Positions 1 through 9,800 of a stretch of 64,000 nucleotides of DNA are shown one piece after another (within the stretch, counting starts at the first letter, position 1; each line of letters starts with the position of its first letter). The notes beneath the pieces were generated by a model. It ran no database searches, was not told where the DNA came from, and was given only the letters and a program-made list of their open reading frames with translations. Origin of the DNA: Acidimicrobiia bacterium (GTDB lineage Bacteria; Actinomycetota; Acidimicrobiia; Spongiisociales; Spongiisociaceae); the NCBI GenBank assembly GCA_041576165.1, contig JBFGLM010000023.1:1-64000 (forward strand). The letters run 5' to 3'. The position numbers were made by a program, and so were the translations under genes.

Positions 1-777
1 AAAGTGCAGCGGAACGTCGGGTCCCAACTCCTCTGCGACCCATGTGACCAGCCGGCCGATCTCGCTATCCGAGTCGTTGAGCTCTGGGATCAGCAGCGTG
101 GTGATCTCCAGCCACACATCGGTCTCGTGGCGGAGATAGCGCAGCGTGTCGAGCACCGGCTCGAGATGCCCGGCGCACACTCTCCGGTAGAACTCCTCGG
201 TGAGGGCCTTGAGGTCGACGTTGGCGGCATCCATGGTGGCGTAGAACTCGGCGCGCGGCTCGGCGTGGACGTACCCGGCGGTCACGGCTACCGCTCTGAT
301 TCCTCGAGCCCGACACGCGGCGGCCACGTCGATGGCGTACTCGTGGAAGATGACCGGGTCGTTGTAGGTGAACGCCACACTCCGGCACCCGAGCTGCTCA
401 GCCTTGGCCGCGATGACGTCAGGTGTCGCCTCGTAGGCGAGGGTGTCCCAGTCCTTTGACTTCGAGATATCCCAGTTCTGGCAGAACCGGCAGGCGAGGT
501 TGCAGCCGGCAGTGCCGAACGAGAGCACGGCAGTTCCCGGAAGAAAATGGTTCAGTGGTTTCTTCTCGATGGGATCAACGCAGAACCCGCTCGATCGTCC
601 GTAGGTGGTGAGCACGATCTGGTCGTCGTGGCGCGCACGCACGTAGCAGAGGCCTCGCTGCCCTTCACGCAGCTTGCACCCGCGAGGACAGAGATCGCAC
701 TGGACTCGGCCGTCCCCGAGGGCGTGCCAGTACTTCGTCGGAGAGTCGGGCGAAGCGAGCAGTGATGGTGCACCCAT
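1..777 (-). CDS. amrS: AmmeMemoRadiSam system radical SAM enzyme (3' end beyond window edge)
   Basis: Not in the ORF track. Manual translation from ATG at 777: MGAPSLLASPDSPTKYWHALGDGRVQCDLCPRGCKLREGQRGLCYVR...DPIEKKPLNHFLPG...SFGTAGCNLACRFCQNWDIS...FTYNDP...NVDLK...LEITTLLIP...PLHF. It has the CxxxCxxC motif plus the N-terminal CxxCPxxC and DPIEKKPL signatures of AmrS. Confidence 0.93.
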   Translation of the reverse strand, partial: MGAPSLLASPDSPTKYWHALGDGRVQCDLCPRGCKLREGQRGLCYVRARHDDQIVLTTYGRSSGFCVDPIEKKPLNHFLPGTAVLSFGTAGCNLACRFCQNWDISKSKDWDTLAYEATPDVIAAKAEQLGCRSVAFTYNDPVIFHEYAIDVAAACRARGIRAVAVTAGYVHAEPRAEFYATMDAANVDLKALTEEFYRRVCAGHLEPVLDTLRYLRHETDVWLEITTLLIPELNDSDSEIGRLVTWVAEELGPDVPLHF

Positions 778-997
778 GCTGCCAGGCTACGTCGGTGAGT
801 TAACCAGGCGGAGGGTCGTCCGTCCCGGTCTTTCCTCGAGTCCTCGACAGTCGCTGGCGCTGCCTGAGATCCGGCAGCGCCAGGCGTTGTCGGCTCACGT
901 TCCCGGGAGTATCCATGCGTCGCCGCTGGGAAAAGCCACCGCAGAGACGATCCAGCAGCGAGTATCAACCTGGACTGCGGTAGCGAGGAGGTGAATC

Positions 998-1417
998 ATG
1001 GCAGGACGCAGCCGCTCTTTCCCGCGGGTGATTGCCGCTATCGGCGGATTCACAATCTCCGGTTTCGGTCTGTGGGCATTGGCTGCGCCGTCGAGTTTCT
1101 TCGACCGCGTGGCTCTCTTCGAGCCCTATAACGAGCACTTCGTTCGGGACATTGGAGCCTTCCAGATCGGTCTCGGAGCCACCCTCATCTTGGCGGCATT
1201 CCTGACATCTGACGCGCTCGCCGCTGGGCTGATCGGTGTCGGGTTGGGCGCAATGATGCACATCGTGTCACACCTCGTGAGCATCGACGCTGGCGGAAAT
1301 CCGGCCATCGATATCCCGGTGTTCTCCATCCTCGGTGCGCTCTTACTGGCGGCCGGGATCATGCGATGGAGCCAAGTCGAGGGCGGCAGACGACGATACC
1401 GAACACCAACCGGCTGA
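998..1417 (+). CDS. Small 4-TM membrane protein (DUF4345-like)
   Basis: Strong RBS GAGGAGGT before the ATG; four hydrophobic segments; YNEHFVRDIGAF motif. Confidence 0.7.
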   Translation: MAGRSRSFPRVIAAIGGFTISGFGLWALAAPSSFFDRVALFEPYNEHFVRDIGAFQIGLGATLILAAFLTSDALAAGLIGVGLGAMMHIVSHLVSIDAGGNPAIDIPVFSILGALLLAAGIMRWSQVEGGRRRYRTPTG

Positions 1418-1654
1418 CCCGGGTACGCCGCCCGCACCGCATTGCGCGCAAATCCACGGCTCCGCGGCTGCTGCGACGCACCTCCGCGATCTCCGTCTAT
1501 GACGCTCGAGTCAATTGCCAGCGAGTTACCGGGGAAAGGCAGCCCGGAGGAACTGCGCGCAACAACCAAGCGGCATGCCCAGGGCCAGGCCGCAAATGCC
1601 ACCAATCAACCAACTCTCGCTGAGCACCACCGGTGTCTATGATCGCAATCCGTG

Positions 1655-2500
1655 TCAGGCCACGTGGGGATTGGAATGGACGATGCCTACGTGGTTCAGC
1701 ACAGCCCGCTCCGCTCGGCTCAGAGCGGCCCAGTCGAGGGGCGGTGTGGTCGGCTGTCGAGTCCAGCGGCGCCACAACAACTCGCCTGTGAGCCGGACTA
1801 CGGTCGCCTCGGGAGCTGTTTCGTCCACGAGCCACCAGCGATGCCGTTGGCGAGCAAAGCGCCACGTCATGCCCTCCGACTCGACGTGTACTCGCCGGAC
1901 ACCAGGGTCGATCGCACTCAGCGTGTACGGAAGACCGCGCGCAAAGACGTCGAGGATCGTGGAGATATCTGGGTGCCCGGTGCCGTGATCTCCGACTGCC
2001 TCACGCAGTTGCCGTTCGTGAACCCAGTACTCGGTCACGTCCCGAGCAGCATCCAACCACACAGGTGCCGGTTCGATCCCGGCCCAGGAGACTCCGAGGC
2101 TGGGATCATCCAGACCCTTCGTCTGCCAGAGTCGGTCGTGGGACGTACCGGCCCGGTCGATCAGCTCGATCATGAGGCGCGGGCTGAGCTGTCGACACCC
2201 GACGACCCACTCGTCGTTGGTCCGATCGATCTGCTCTGCCAGGGATTCGCCTGAACGAGGCGTAGTGCGATTGATTCGGTCGCGCAGTCCGCTGACCCGA
2301 CCGAGCAGATCGCCGAGAACGTGCGCGAGAAGGTCGGCCACATTCCATCCGTCGCACGCCGTTGGCCGCCGCCACTCCTCGTCTTCCAGGCCCCGGAGGA
2401 ATTCCAGCAGATCGCGGCGTTGGACGGCAAACACCGGCCGCACGTCGATCGGGGTACCGAGCTGTTGGGCCGCTACTTGCATCTCCTGGGAGTCTGCCAT
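1655..2500 (-). CDS. Mycothiol-dependent maleylpyruvate isomerase family (MDMPI-N, DinB-like) protein
   Basis: WRRPTACDGWNVADLLAHVLG and EYWVHERQLREA motifs. Confidence 0.85.
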   Translation of the reverse strand: MADSQEMQVAAQQLGTPIDVRPVFAVQRRDLLEFLRGLEDEEWRRPTACDGWNVADLLAHVLGDLLGRVSGLRDRINRTTPRSGESLAEQIDRTNDEWVVGCRQLSPRLMIELIDRAGTSHDRLWQTKGLDDPSLGVSWAGIEPAPVWLDAARDVTEYWVHERQLREAVGDHGTGHPDISTILDVFARGLPYTLSAIDPGVRRVHVESEGMTWRFARQRHRWWLVDETAPEATVVRLTGELLWRRWTRQPTTPPLDWAALSRAERAVLNHVGIVHSNPHVA

Positions 2501-2777
2501 GAGATTGAGACCACACGTCCGGCGCTACGCGTGGCCCGCCCAATGAGCCTGATTGCATCAGACACGGGACCCACCGGTGTGTTCTCAGGATGTTGGCCCG
2601 CGCCGGCACGACGCCGGGGCTGGCGTCATGCCACTCTCCCTCTTCCGTCGAGTGCCGGCCGGGTTGTTGAGACAGAGAATCTGACGACGCAGAGACGGCG
2701 AGGTCTGACGGCCGACTCAGTTCGGCCCCCACGGGGAGTGTTCCCCGTATATCGTTCCCGAGGAGAGGAGGTGGAGT

Positions 2778-3119
2778 ATGCAGAAGGCACTTCTGCTGGC
2801 GAAATACTCCGCCAGCGGAGCGTCCGGCGCCATCAAGGAAGGCTTGACCGGACGCCGCAAGGTGCTCGAAAGCGTCGTGGAGGCCATGGGTGGACGTATC
2901 ACCCAGTTTTGGGGCGTGGCGTCGGGCGAGTGGCACATCGCCTACGTGATGGAGCGTGAGCACATCCCCGAGGGTGATGCTGACAACATCGCGAGCATGT
3001 TGGCCGTCACGGCGGCCGGCGTCGTCGATGAGCTTCGAGTCTTACCCCTGGTCGACACCGAAGACGTCGACAACCGGCTCGGTGAGGTGATGAAGGGCTA
3101 TCGGCCGCCCGGCGAGTGA
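2778..3119 (+). CDS. GYD domain-like small ferredoxin-fold protein
   Basis: RBS GGAGGT; AKYS..G..AI..EG...R...VE.MGG pattern and C-terminal YRPPG, typical of the GYD family. Confidence 0.7.
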   Translation: MQKALLLAKYSASGASGAIKEGLTGRRKVLESVVEAMGGRITQFWGVASGEWHIAYVMEREHIPEGDADNIASMLAVTAAGVVDELRVLPLVDTEDVDNRLGEVMKGYRPPGE

Positions 3120-3453
3120 CGCTGACGCTCAACCACAGCATCTAATCAGGGCACCAAGGGTCGGCGGGCCGTTCCCGGCAACTGGCTGCCCGCCGTGCCT
3201 CGGACGCAGAGGGACGTACATCGGCGGCGGATGCGCTTCGAGCGCCGTACGACTGCCCCCCGCAAGCCACTCGGGTGGCGGTTGCGTTTCAGCTATCAGC
3301 GGCAGATGTCCCGGGGAAGCCGGCTTCCTGGGCCCCGAGGCCATCGGCTGGGTTCTGGATGTGAGGTCGTGATCCACCCGGTTGGCTTGATCAACCCGGA
3401 GGCCGCGTTCCTACGCGCACCAAGTGGCCAAGTAGCCCAAAAGACCGCATAGA

Positions 3454-4308
3454 GTGGTTAATTGCGACTCTAGGGAGGCGATCGTGGGTCAGGGACTGCG
3501 ACGTTGGTTGAGCGCGGGGCTGGTTGCCGCGCTGATGGTTGGGGCGGCGTTGCCGGCGTCGGCTGGTAGTGCGCGTGCGATGTGGGTGTGGGACGCGCCC
3601 GATGCCGGCCTGATCGATTTCTCGATCGCCAACGGCGTGACTGACCTGTATCTGCATCTCTCACCGGGCTTCTCGTCGGACGCCTCTGTCGCATCGTTTC
3701 TGACAGATGCGCACACCGCCGGACTCGAGGTCCATGCGATGGCCGGCGATCCCGCCTGGGCCAGCGACAGTGGCGCATGGACGACGTGGGTGGATGAAGT
3801 CGTGGCGCACGGCGGATTCGACGGCATGGTTTTTGATGTTGAGCCGTACCTTCACCCCGATTGGGCTACCAAGAAGCAGAACCGGCTGATCCGCTCCTTT
3901 CTCAGCGGGTTGGACGAAGCTGCCCGGCGGGCCGACGGCCTGCCGGTCTTGGCCGCGGTGCCTTTTTGGTTCGACGGGATCACGGTCAAGCGCGATCCTC
4001 TGGTGCAGCACGTACTGGCTGCAACGGACGGCATTGTCGTGATGGCGTACCGGGATCATGCGCTGGGCGTCGATGGGATCCTCGACGTGGCCGCAACCGA
4101 AGCGTGGCTGGCTGCCTCGATGGGCCGGCTGTTCGTGGTGGGCGTCGAGACGGCGCCAGCCGGACTCGACAAAGTCACATTCGCCGAAGAGGGCCGCCAG
4201 TTCATGGAATCCGAGCTCGGTATGGTTGAGGCGGAGCTCGCCTCAAATTCTGGTTTCGGTGGCTTTGCCATCCACCACTATGACTCCTACGCCGGGATGG
4301 CACCCTAG
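3454..4308 (+). CDS. Secreted TIM-barrel glycoside-hydrolase-like protein (likely start GTG 3484)
   Basis: Signal peptide ending ASA; RAMWVW, FDGMVFDVEPY (GH18-like DxxxxDxE), VVMAYRD, VGVET and GFAIHHY motifs. Confidence 0.6.
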   Translation: MVNCDSREAIVGQGLRRWLSAGLVAALMVGAALPASAGSARAMWVWDAPDAGLIDFSIANGVTDLYLHLSPGFSSDASVASFLTDAHTAGLEVHAMAGDPAWASDSGAWTTWVDEVVAHGGFDGMVFDVEPYLHPDWATKKQNRLIRSFLSGLDEAARRADGLPVLAAVPFWFDGITVKRDPLVQHVLAATDGIVVMAYRDHALGVDGILDVAATEAWLAASMGRLFVVGVETAPAGLDKVTFAEEGRQFMESELGMVEAELASNSGFGGFAIHHYDSYAGMAP

Positions 4309-4344
4309 AGGGACGGCCGCAGCGACCGGGGCTGGCTGATCGGC

Positions 4345-4476
4345 CTAGCCGATCGTGGCTTCGATGATCGAGTTGCCGGAGGCCACGCGCAGGTCGGTGC
4401 AGCGGACGTTCGAGAAACCGGCGCGGATGAGTGCCAGCTGAATCGCCCCTGGACTGTGCCTGCCCGTCGACTTCAC
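4345..4476 (-). pseudogene. Possible C-terminal remnant of a class I methyltransferase
   Basis: Manual translation VKSTGRHSPGAIQLALIRAGFSNVRCTDLRVASGNSIIEATIG*. The L..AGF..V..........IEA ending resembles O-methyltransferase C-termini. An in-frame stop lies just upstream. Confidence 0.3.
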
Positions 4477-4514
4477 GAACTACGGTCCGGGTCCGAGTCG
4501 GGAGATCGAGCCCG

Positions 4515-5543
4515 TCACGTTGTGAGCCCGTTCGGCGGGCTCGGAAGCAGGCTCACCTGCACGTGGCCGTCATCCGGGGCGATTTCAATGTCGGTGGACA
4601 GGAAACGCCGTACGACGTCGGCGTTGGTGGAGAAATGTCGGGTCGGGACGCTGGTTCGGAACGTGCCGCCGACCAGGGCGAGCGGAAGCAGCAGTTGGTC
4701 CGCGAGGTGAGGGCCGACGGGAGCGTCATGGTCGAGGTAGGCCTGAGCCTCGGCTACGGCTCGGGCCGCTACATTCTCCGCCCGAAGACCGCGCCGGCCG
4801 ACGGATGAGACGATCGTGGTGATTCCTCTATAGTCGAGGGTGAGTATCAACGCGTTGCCCGGCCCGTCGGCGTCGACCTCACGCGTTGCGAGCCCGGTGC
4901 AGTCCAACTCCTGCTGCACGACGCGCAGTTCACGCTCTGCAATATGGCGAGGCAATTGGGAGATGAGCGCGGTTGCGGTGCAACCAAGCATTTCCCCTCG
5001 CTCCATCAGCTCGACCGGGCGCAGCACAGCCGGCGGGCGCACCGTCACCGAGAGCCTGCCTCCGCCGGCGGGGTAGAAGCCGTGACGATGCAGTCTGGTC
5101 CTCAGTTCGGCACCGGTCTGGGAGATCGCCGGGAGGAACGTGTGGGCAAAGAATTCGAACGGCGGCGCGCCGTCGTTGTGGGTCCCGCCGATGACCTCGA
5201 TGTCCGATGGTCCCTCCGCGATCAGGAGGCCGGGCAACACCGTCTGAGCAACCAGCACAGCGCTGCCGGCGGTACCAATGTCGAACCGGTGCCGGCCTGG
5301 CCGGACGGGACCCGGATGGAACTCCAAGTCAGCGGAGCCGATCTCGCCGCCGATGACATCGGCCGAAGCGACCGCTGCAGCTGCTTTCACTGCGGCTAGA
5401 TGCTGGGGCCGCAGCCCGGGCCGCCGTCGACCAGCTCGGATCGCTTCGATACGAAACGGGATTCCCGTGATCATGGCGGCGCTGAGTGCGGTTCGCAGGA
5501 TCTGGCCGCCACCCTCGCCCTGGCTACCGTCGATCACCAGCAT
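4515..5543 (-). CDS. rtcA: RNA 3'-terminal phosphate cyclase
   Basis: IDGSQGEGGGQILRTAL, RPGLRPQH, GTAGS, GGTHN, GFYPAGGG and catalytic HLADQL motifs. ATG 5543 chosen; the ORF track starts at TTG 5558. Confidence 0.95.
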   Translation of the reverse strand: MLVIDGSQGEGGGQILRTALSAAMITGIPFRIEAIRAGRRRPGLRPQHLAAVKAAAAVASADVIGGEIGSADLEFHPGPVRPGRHRFDIGTAGSAVLVAQTVLPGLLIAEGPSDIEVIGGTHNDGAPPFEFFAHTFLPAISQTGAELRTRLHRHGFYPAGGGRLSVTVRPPAVLRPVELMERGEMLGCTATALISQLPRHIAERELRVVQQELDCTGLATREVDADGPGNALILTLDYRGITTIVSSVGRRGLRAENVAARAVAEAQAYLDHDAPVGPHLADQLLLPLALVGGTFRTSVPTRHFSTNADVVRRFLSTDIEIAPDDGHVQVSLLPSPPNGLTT

Positions 5544-5891
5544 CAGCCGACGCACCAACGCCAGCGGAACACTCCTTGGCTGTGGAGCCGATCCGGGTGT
5601 GGTCCGTACATGCTGACGGTCGCCGACGGGTGCTCAACCAATTCGGCAACTTCCCGATCGCATGTCACGTCCAACCTCCAGCCAGAACCCGCCGTACGCA
5701 CGGTAGAGGGTCGCCGACGTCATCAGCGGCCGGGTGTGTGTCGACCCCGGTCGGCACCGGTCGGACCGCCGGCATTCCCACACGCACCAGCTCTCTAACG
5801 CCGGGTCCGCTATCTCCGGCCCGGCCAGTCGGCAATACTTGGAGGAGACGCGGGTCCGGTCGACAGTTGCGTCGGAGAGGAGAGTCCGAAC

Positions 5892-7541
5892 ATGCTGAGC
5901 TACGCCTCCGGTGTCTCGACTGAACCGCTGCTGGGCGAGACGATCGGTGACAACCTCGACCGCGCAGTGTCGGAGTACGCCGACGGTCTGGCGGTTGTGT
6001 CTCGTCACCAAGGCATCAGGTGGACGTATGCGGAACTCGGCGAGCGGGTACACCAGTGCGCATTGGCCCTCCTGGAGAGCGGAGTAGATACCGGAGACCG
6101 TGTCGGGATTTGGTCTCCAAATTGCGCCGAGTGGACCGTGGTCCAGTACGCGACAGCCAAGATCGGGGCCATCCTGGTCAATGTGAATCCGGCGTACCGG
6201 AGCCATGAGCTGGCGTATGCGCTCGGCCAATCGGGAGTGTCGGTCCTGGTCACGGCCGAGAGCTTCAAGGGAACATCGTATCTCGAAACGATCGAGTCGG
6301 TCCGGCTGCAGCTCCCGGATCTCCGGCTGGTCGTGGCGCTGGGTCCGACGGAGCATGACGTTTCCTGGGCTACATTCCTGGACAGGGCCGGCGAACGCTC
6401 GCCGGATCGGCTTCACGAGGTCCAAGCGTCGCTGCAGTTCGATGATCCGATCAACATTCAGTACACATCTGGCACTACGGGCGAACCGAAAGGTGCAACG
6501 CTCACGCACCACAACATTTTGAACAATGGATACTTCGTGACCGGGATCCAACGACTCGGTCCGGGGTCGAAGTTGTGTGTACCCGTGCCGCTGTACCACT
6601 GCTTTGGGATGGTCATGGGGAACCTGGGCATGTTGGCGCGGGGCGGGACGGTTGTGTACCCCGCCGGAGCGTTCGACCCAGCCGCAACGCTGGCCGCCAT
6701 CGCCGACGAGGGCTGTGAGGGCGTCTATGGGGTCCCAACGATGTTCATCGCGATGCTCGACGATCCAGCGGCCGGATCGCTCGATCTGTCGACCCTGAGA
6801 ACCGGGATCATGGCGGGTTCACCATGTCCGGTGGAGGTCATGAAACGCGTCATAGACGAGATGTCGATGGAAGAGGTCACCATCGCCTACGGCATGACTG
6901 AGACTTCGCCGGTGTCGTTTCAGAGCCGCACGGATGACTCGATTGACCGCCGGGTCTCCACGGTTGGCACCATCATGCCGCACATCGAATCCAAGATCAT
7001 CAATCCCGAGACTGGACGGATCGTGCCCGTCGGAACTTCGGGTGAGCTCTGCACGCGTGGCTATTCGGTGATGAGGGGATACTGGAACAACCCGGAAGCT
7101 ACGGCCGAGGCGATTGACGCGGCGGGGTGGATGCATACGGGCGATCTCGCCGTCATGGACCGGGATGGGTACGTGAACATCGTCGGTCGGATCAAGGACA
7201 TGGTGATCAGGGGTGGCGAGAACATCTACCCTCGCGAGGTAGAAGAGTTCTTGTACGGACATCCGGCAATCGCCGATGTACAGGTCATCGGGGTCCCAGA
7301 CGTGAAGTACGGCGAAGAGCTGTGTGCCTGGATCCGCCTGCGGGAAGGTCACGATCTCACGCTGGAGGATCTACGTTCTTTCTGTGAGGGTCGGATCGCT
7401 CATTACAAGATCCCCCGGTATCTCCGGATCACCGACGAGTTCCCGCTCACGGTGACGGGCAAAGTCCAGAAGTATCGAATGCGGACTATCTCGATCACGG
7501 AGCTTGATCTGGGCGAAGCGGCCACAACGGTGACGGCCTGA
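5892..7541 (+). CDS. AMP-binding acyl-CoA synthetase (ACSF2/FadD-like)
   Basis: [43 protein letters not shown] and TGKVQK motifs. Confidence 0.93.
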   Translation: MLSYASGVSTEPLLGETIGDNLDRAVSEYADGLAVVSRHQGIRWTYAELGERVHQCALALLESGVDTGDRVGIWSPNCAEWTVVQYATAKIGAILVNVNPAYRSHELAYALGQSGVSVLVTAESFKGTSYLETIESVRLQLPDLRLVVALGPTEHDVSWATFLDRAGERSPDRLHEVQASLQFDDPINIQYTSGTTGEPKGATLTHHNILNNGYFVTGIQRLGPGSKLCVPVPLYHCFGMVMGNLGMLARGGTVVYPAGAFDPAATLAAIADEGCEGVYGVPTMFIAMLDDPAAGSLDLSTLRTGIMAGSPCPVEVMKRVIDEMSMEEVTIAYGMTETSPVSFQSRTDDSIDRRVSTVGTIMPHIESKIINPETGRIVPVGTSGELCTRGYSVMRGYWNNPEATAEAIDAAGWMHTGDLAVMDRDGYVNIVGRIKDMVIRGGENIYPREVEEFLYGHPAIADVQVIGVPDVKYGEELCAWIRLREGHDLTLEDLRSFCEGRIAHYKIPRYLRITDEFPLTVTGKVQKYRMRTISITELDLGEAATTVTA

Positions 7542-7590
7542 GTCTTTGCCCGCCCGGAACCGTCGAACTCGGAGAAGTCGGAGAGAACTC

Positions 7591-8586
7591 ATGCTGGTCC
7601 AGGAGCTCGCCGGACCAACGCCGGTCGAGCAGCAACCGCTCCGAATGATCGAGAGGCCCAGCCGGCAACCGGGGCCTCTTGAGATCGCCGTGGACGTTGC
7701 AGCCTGTGGCGTTTGCCGGACGGACCTTCAGCTGGTGGAGGGTGACATATCCGCCCGGCGGCTCCCGATCGTCCCGGGGCATCAGGTGGTCGGACGCGTC
7801 AGCGCTGCGGGCGAGAAAATGACTCGGTGGAAGCCGGGCGACCGGGTCGGGATCGCATGGCTCGGCACGTCGTGCGGCACATGCCGCCATTGTCTATCGG
7901 GCTACGAGAATCTGTGCAAGTCCGCCCAATTCACAGGCTGGGACCTGGACGGCGGCTATGCCCAATCGATGATCGCGAACGCAGACTACGCGTTCGCCAT
8001 CCCGCCCGGCTTCTCCGACACAGAGGCGGCGCCATTGCTCTGCGGCGGTGTCATCGGATGTCGGGCACTGCGCCTGACCGGCGTCGAGCCCGGCGGTCGG
8101 TTGGGGTTGTACGGTTTCGGGGCGTCGGCCCTGCTGACACTCCAAGTTGCTCGCCACTGGGGATGTGCCGTGTATGTCGCCACGAGATCCCGAGACGAAC
8201 AGAGACGCGCATTGGAGATGGGCGCGGTCTGGGCCGGTTCCTACGACGATGAGCCCCCTCACCTCCTCGAGGCCGTCATCACCTTCGCACCCGCTGGGAG
8301 CGTCGTCGTGGCGGCGTTGAAAGCGTTGCAGCCGGGTGGAACCGTAGTGATCAACGCGATCCATCTCGATTCCATCCCGGCCTTTCCGTATGACCTTCTC
8401 TGGCTCGAGCGGGGATTGCGTAGCGTCGCGAATCTCACGCGACACGACGCGGAGGATTTCCTGGAGCTCGCCGCAGAGATTCCGATCAAGACCGTTTCCG
8501 AGAACTACCCGCTGGCCGATGCCAACGTGGCGCTTGCTCGGCTGAAGCGCGGTGAAGTCCATGGCGCAGCCGTGTTGACCACCTGA
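7591..8586 (+). CDS. Zinc-dependent alcohol dehydrogenase family protein
   Basis: CGVCRTD, PGHQVVG, structural Zn CxxCxxC...C, APLLCGG and GLYGFGASA motifs. Confidence 0.92.
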   Translation: MLVQELAGPTPVEQQPLRMIERPSRQPGPLEIAVDVAACGVCRTDLQLVEGDISARRLPIVPGHQVVGRVSAAGEKMTRWKPGDRVGIAWLGTSCGTCRHCLSGYENLCKSAQFTGWDLDGGYAQSMIANADYAFAIPPGFSDTEAAPLLCGGVIGCRALRLTGVEPGGRLGLYGFGASALLTLQVARHWGCAVYVATRSRDEQRRALEMGAVWAGSYDDEPPHLLEAVITFAPAGSVVVAALKALQPGGTVVINAIHLDSIPAFPYDLLWLERGLRSVANLTRHDAEDFLELAAEIPIKTVSENYPLADANVALARLKRGEVHGAAVLTT

Positions 8587-8588
8587 GC

Positions 8589-9800
8589 GTGTCGACGGAC
8601 GACGCCGCGGCACGGTGCCCCGCGTACCCGGGCCTCCGGTATTGTCCGGCCGGCATGGACTCGTTGCCGGTTCAGGAGTCTCCGCCGCGCCTCGCCGATC
8701 TCGCCGCCGCAGATCCGGAGAGCCGCGCACGGGTGCTGGAGCTCTCCGCGACCCCATTGGTGGATGGTCAGATGACAACCTTCGTCCATGTCGGCGAGGC
8801 GGAGGCCGTGCACGTCCGTCACTACATGGCCCGATTTCCTGCGGTGCCGCCCATGCAGCGTATCGCCCCTGGGCTGCACGCAGTGACGGTTGCTTTGCCA
8901 GAGCGGTCGAGGATCGAGTACAAGCTCGCGGCGACGCTGGCCACCAACACGACGGAGGACGTCGACCCGTTCAACCCAGAACAGGCCACCGATCCGTTCG
9001 GTGCCAACTCGGTGACATCCGGCCCGGGCTATGTGACTCCGTGGTGGGCGGCTCCAGCTCCGGCTCGCGACGGCGCGCTGCGACGGGGGTTCGTACAGGC
9101 GCGCGCCTTCGCGCAGCGACGGTCGGTCCGTTGGTATCAGCCGCCAGAAACCGGCGGTCGCCTTCCTCTTCTCGTCGTTCACGATGGAGGCGACTTCGTC
9201 CAGCATGGAGGGATCGTCGGTGCGCTCGACCACCTCATCGGTGCCGAGGTCATTCCCCCTATCGTCGCAGCGCTCATCGATCCGGGCGAACGGCTCGTTG
9301 AATACGCCGATGATCCCCGGCACGCCGGTTTCATCAGAGATGTGGTCGGCGCCGCAATTCGCCGCCACTGCGTTGATCCCGATCCCAACGCCCATGTGTA
9401 CCTCGGAGCGAGTCTCGGTGGAGTGGCAGCGTTGTCGGCCGCTCAGCGAAAGGGCCCGGTCGGCGGACTTGTCCTGCTGTCCGGCTCGTTCGTCACGACA
9501 CTCGGAGGTCCGATGAATCGCGGTGAGCATTTCCGCCCGGTCGTCGATTTCATGCGACGGTTCACAGCGAGACCAGGCCGGCCGGCGACCCGCATCTACC
9601 AATCGTGCGGGTCCTACGAAGGCCTCGCCCCTGAACATCGAGCCTTCGAGCCGGTGTTGCGACAGACGGGCGCCGCGTTGGTCAGCGAAGAAGTACGCGA
9701 CGGTCACCACTGGCACAACTGGAGAGATCGGCTCGCCAGCGCCCTGATCCATACGCTGCCCAGCAAGAGCCCGGTCTCGCCCGGTACCGTACGGACATGA
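8589..9800 (+). CDS. Enterochelin-esterase (Fes)-like alpha/beta hydrolase with N-terminal beta-sandwich (alternative start ATG 8655)
   Basis: RIEYK...DPFNP N-terminal domain, HDGGDF, nucleophile GASLGG and GHHWHNW catalytic His. Confidence 0.85.
   Translation: MSTDDAAARCPAYPGLRYCPAGMDSLPVQESPPRLADLAAADPESRARVLELSATPLVDGQMTTFVHVGEAEAVHVRHYMARFPAVPPMQRIAPGLHAVTVALPERSRIEYKLAATLATNTTEDVDPFNPEQATDPFGANSVTSGPGYVTPWWAAPAPARDGALRRGFVQARAFAQRRSVRWYQPPETGGRLPLLVVHDGGDFVQHGGIVGALDHLIGAEVIPPIVAALIDPGERLVEYADDPRHAGFIRDVVGAAIRRHCVDPDPNAHVYLGASLGGVAALSAAQRKGPVGGLVLLSGSFVTTLGGPMNRGEHFRPVVDFMRRFTARPGRPATRIYQSCGSYEGLAPEHRAFEPVLRQTGAALVSEEVRDGHHWHNWRDRLASALIHTLPSKSPVSPGTVRT

Noticed and set aside
4-765. Plus-strand ORFs 4..459 and 547..765
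   Set aside because: Antisense shadows of amrS on the minus strand.
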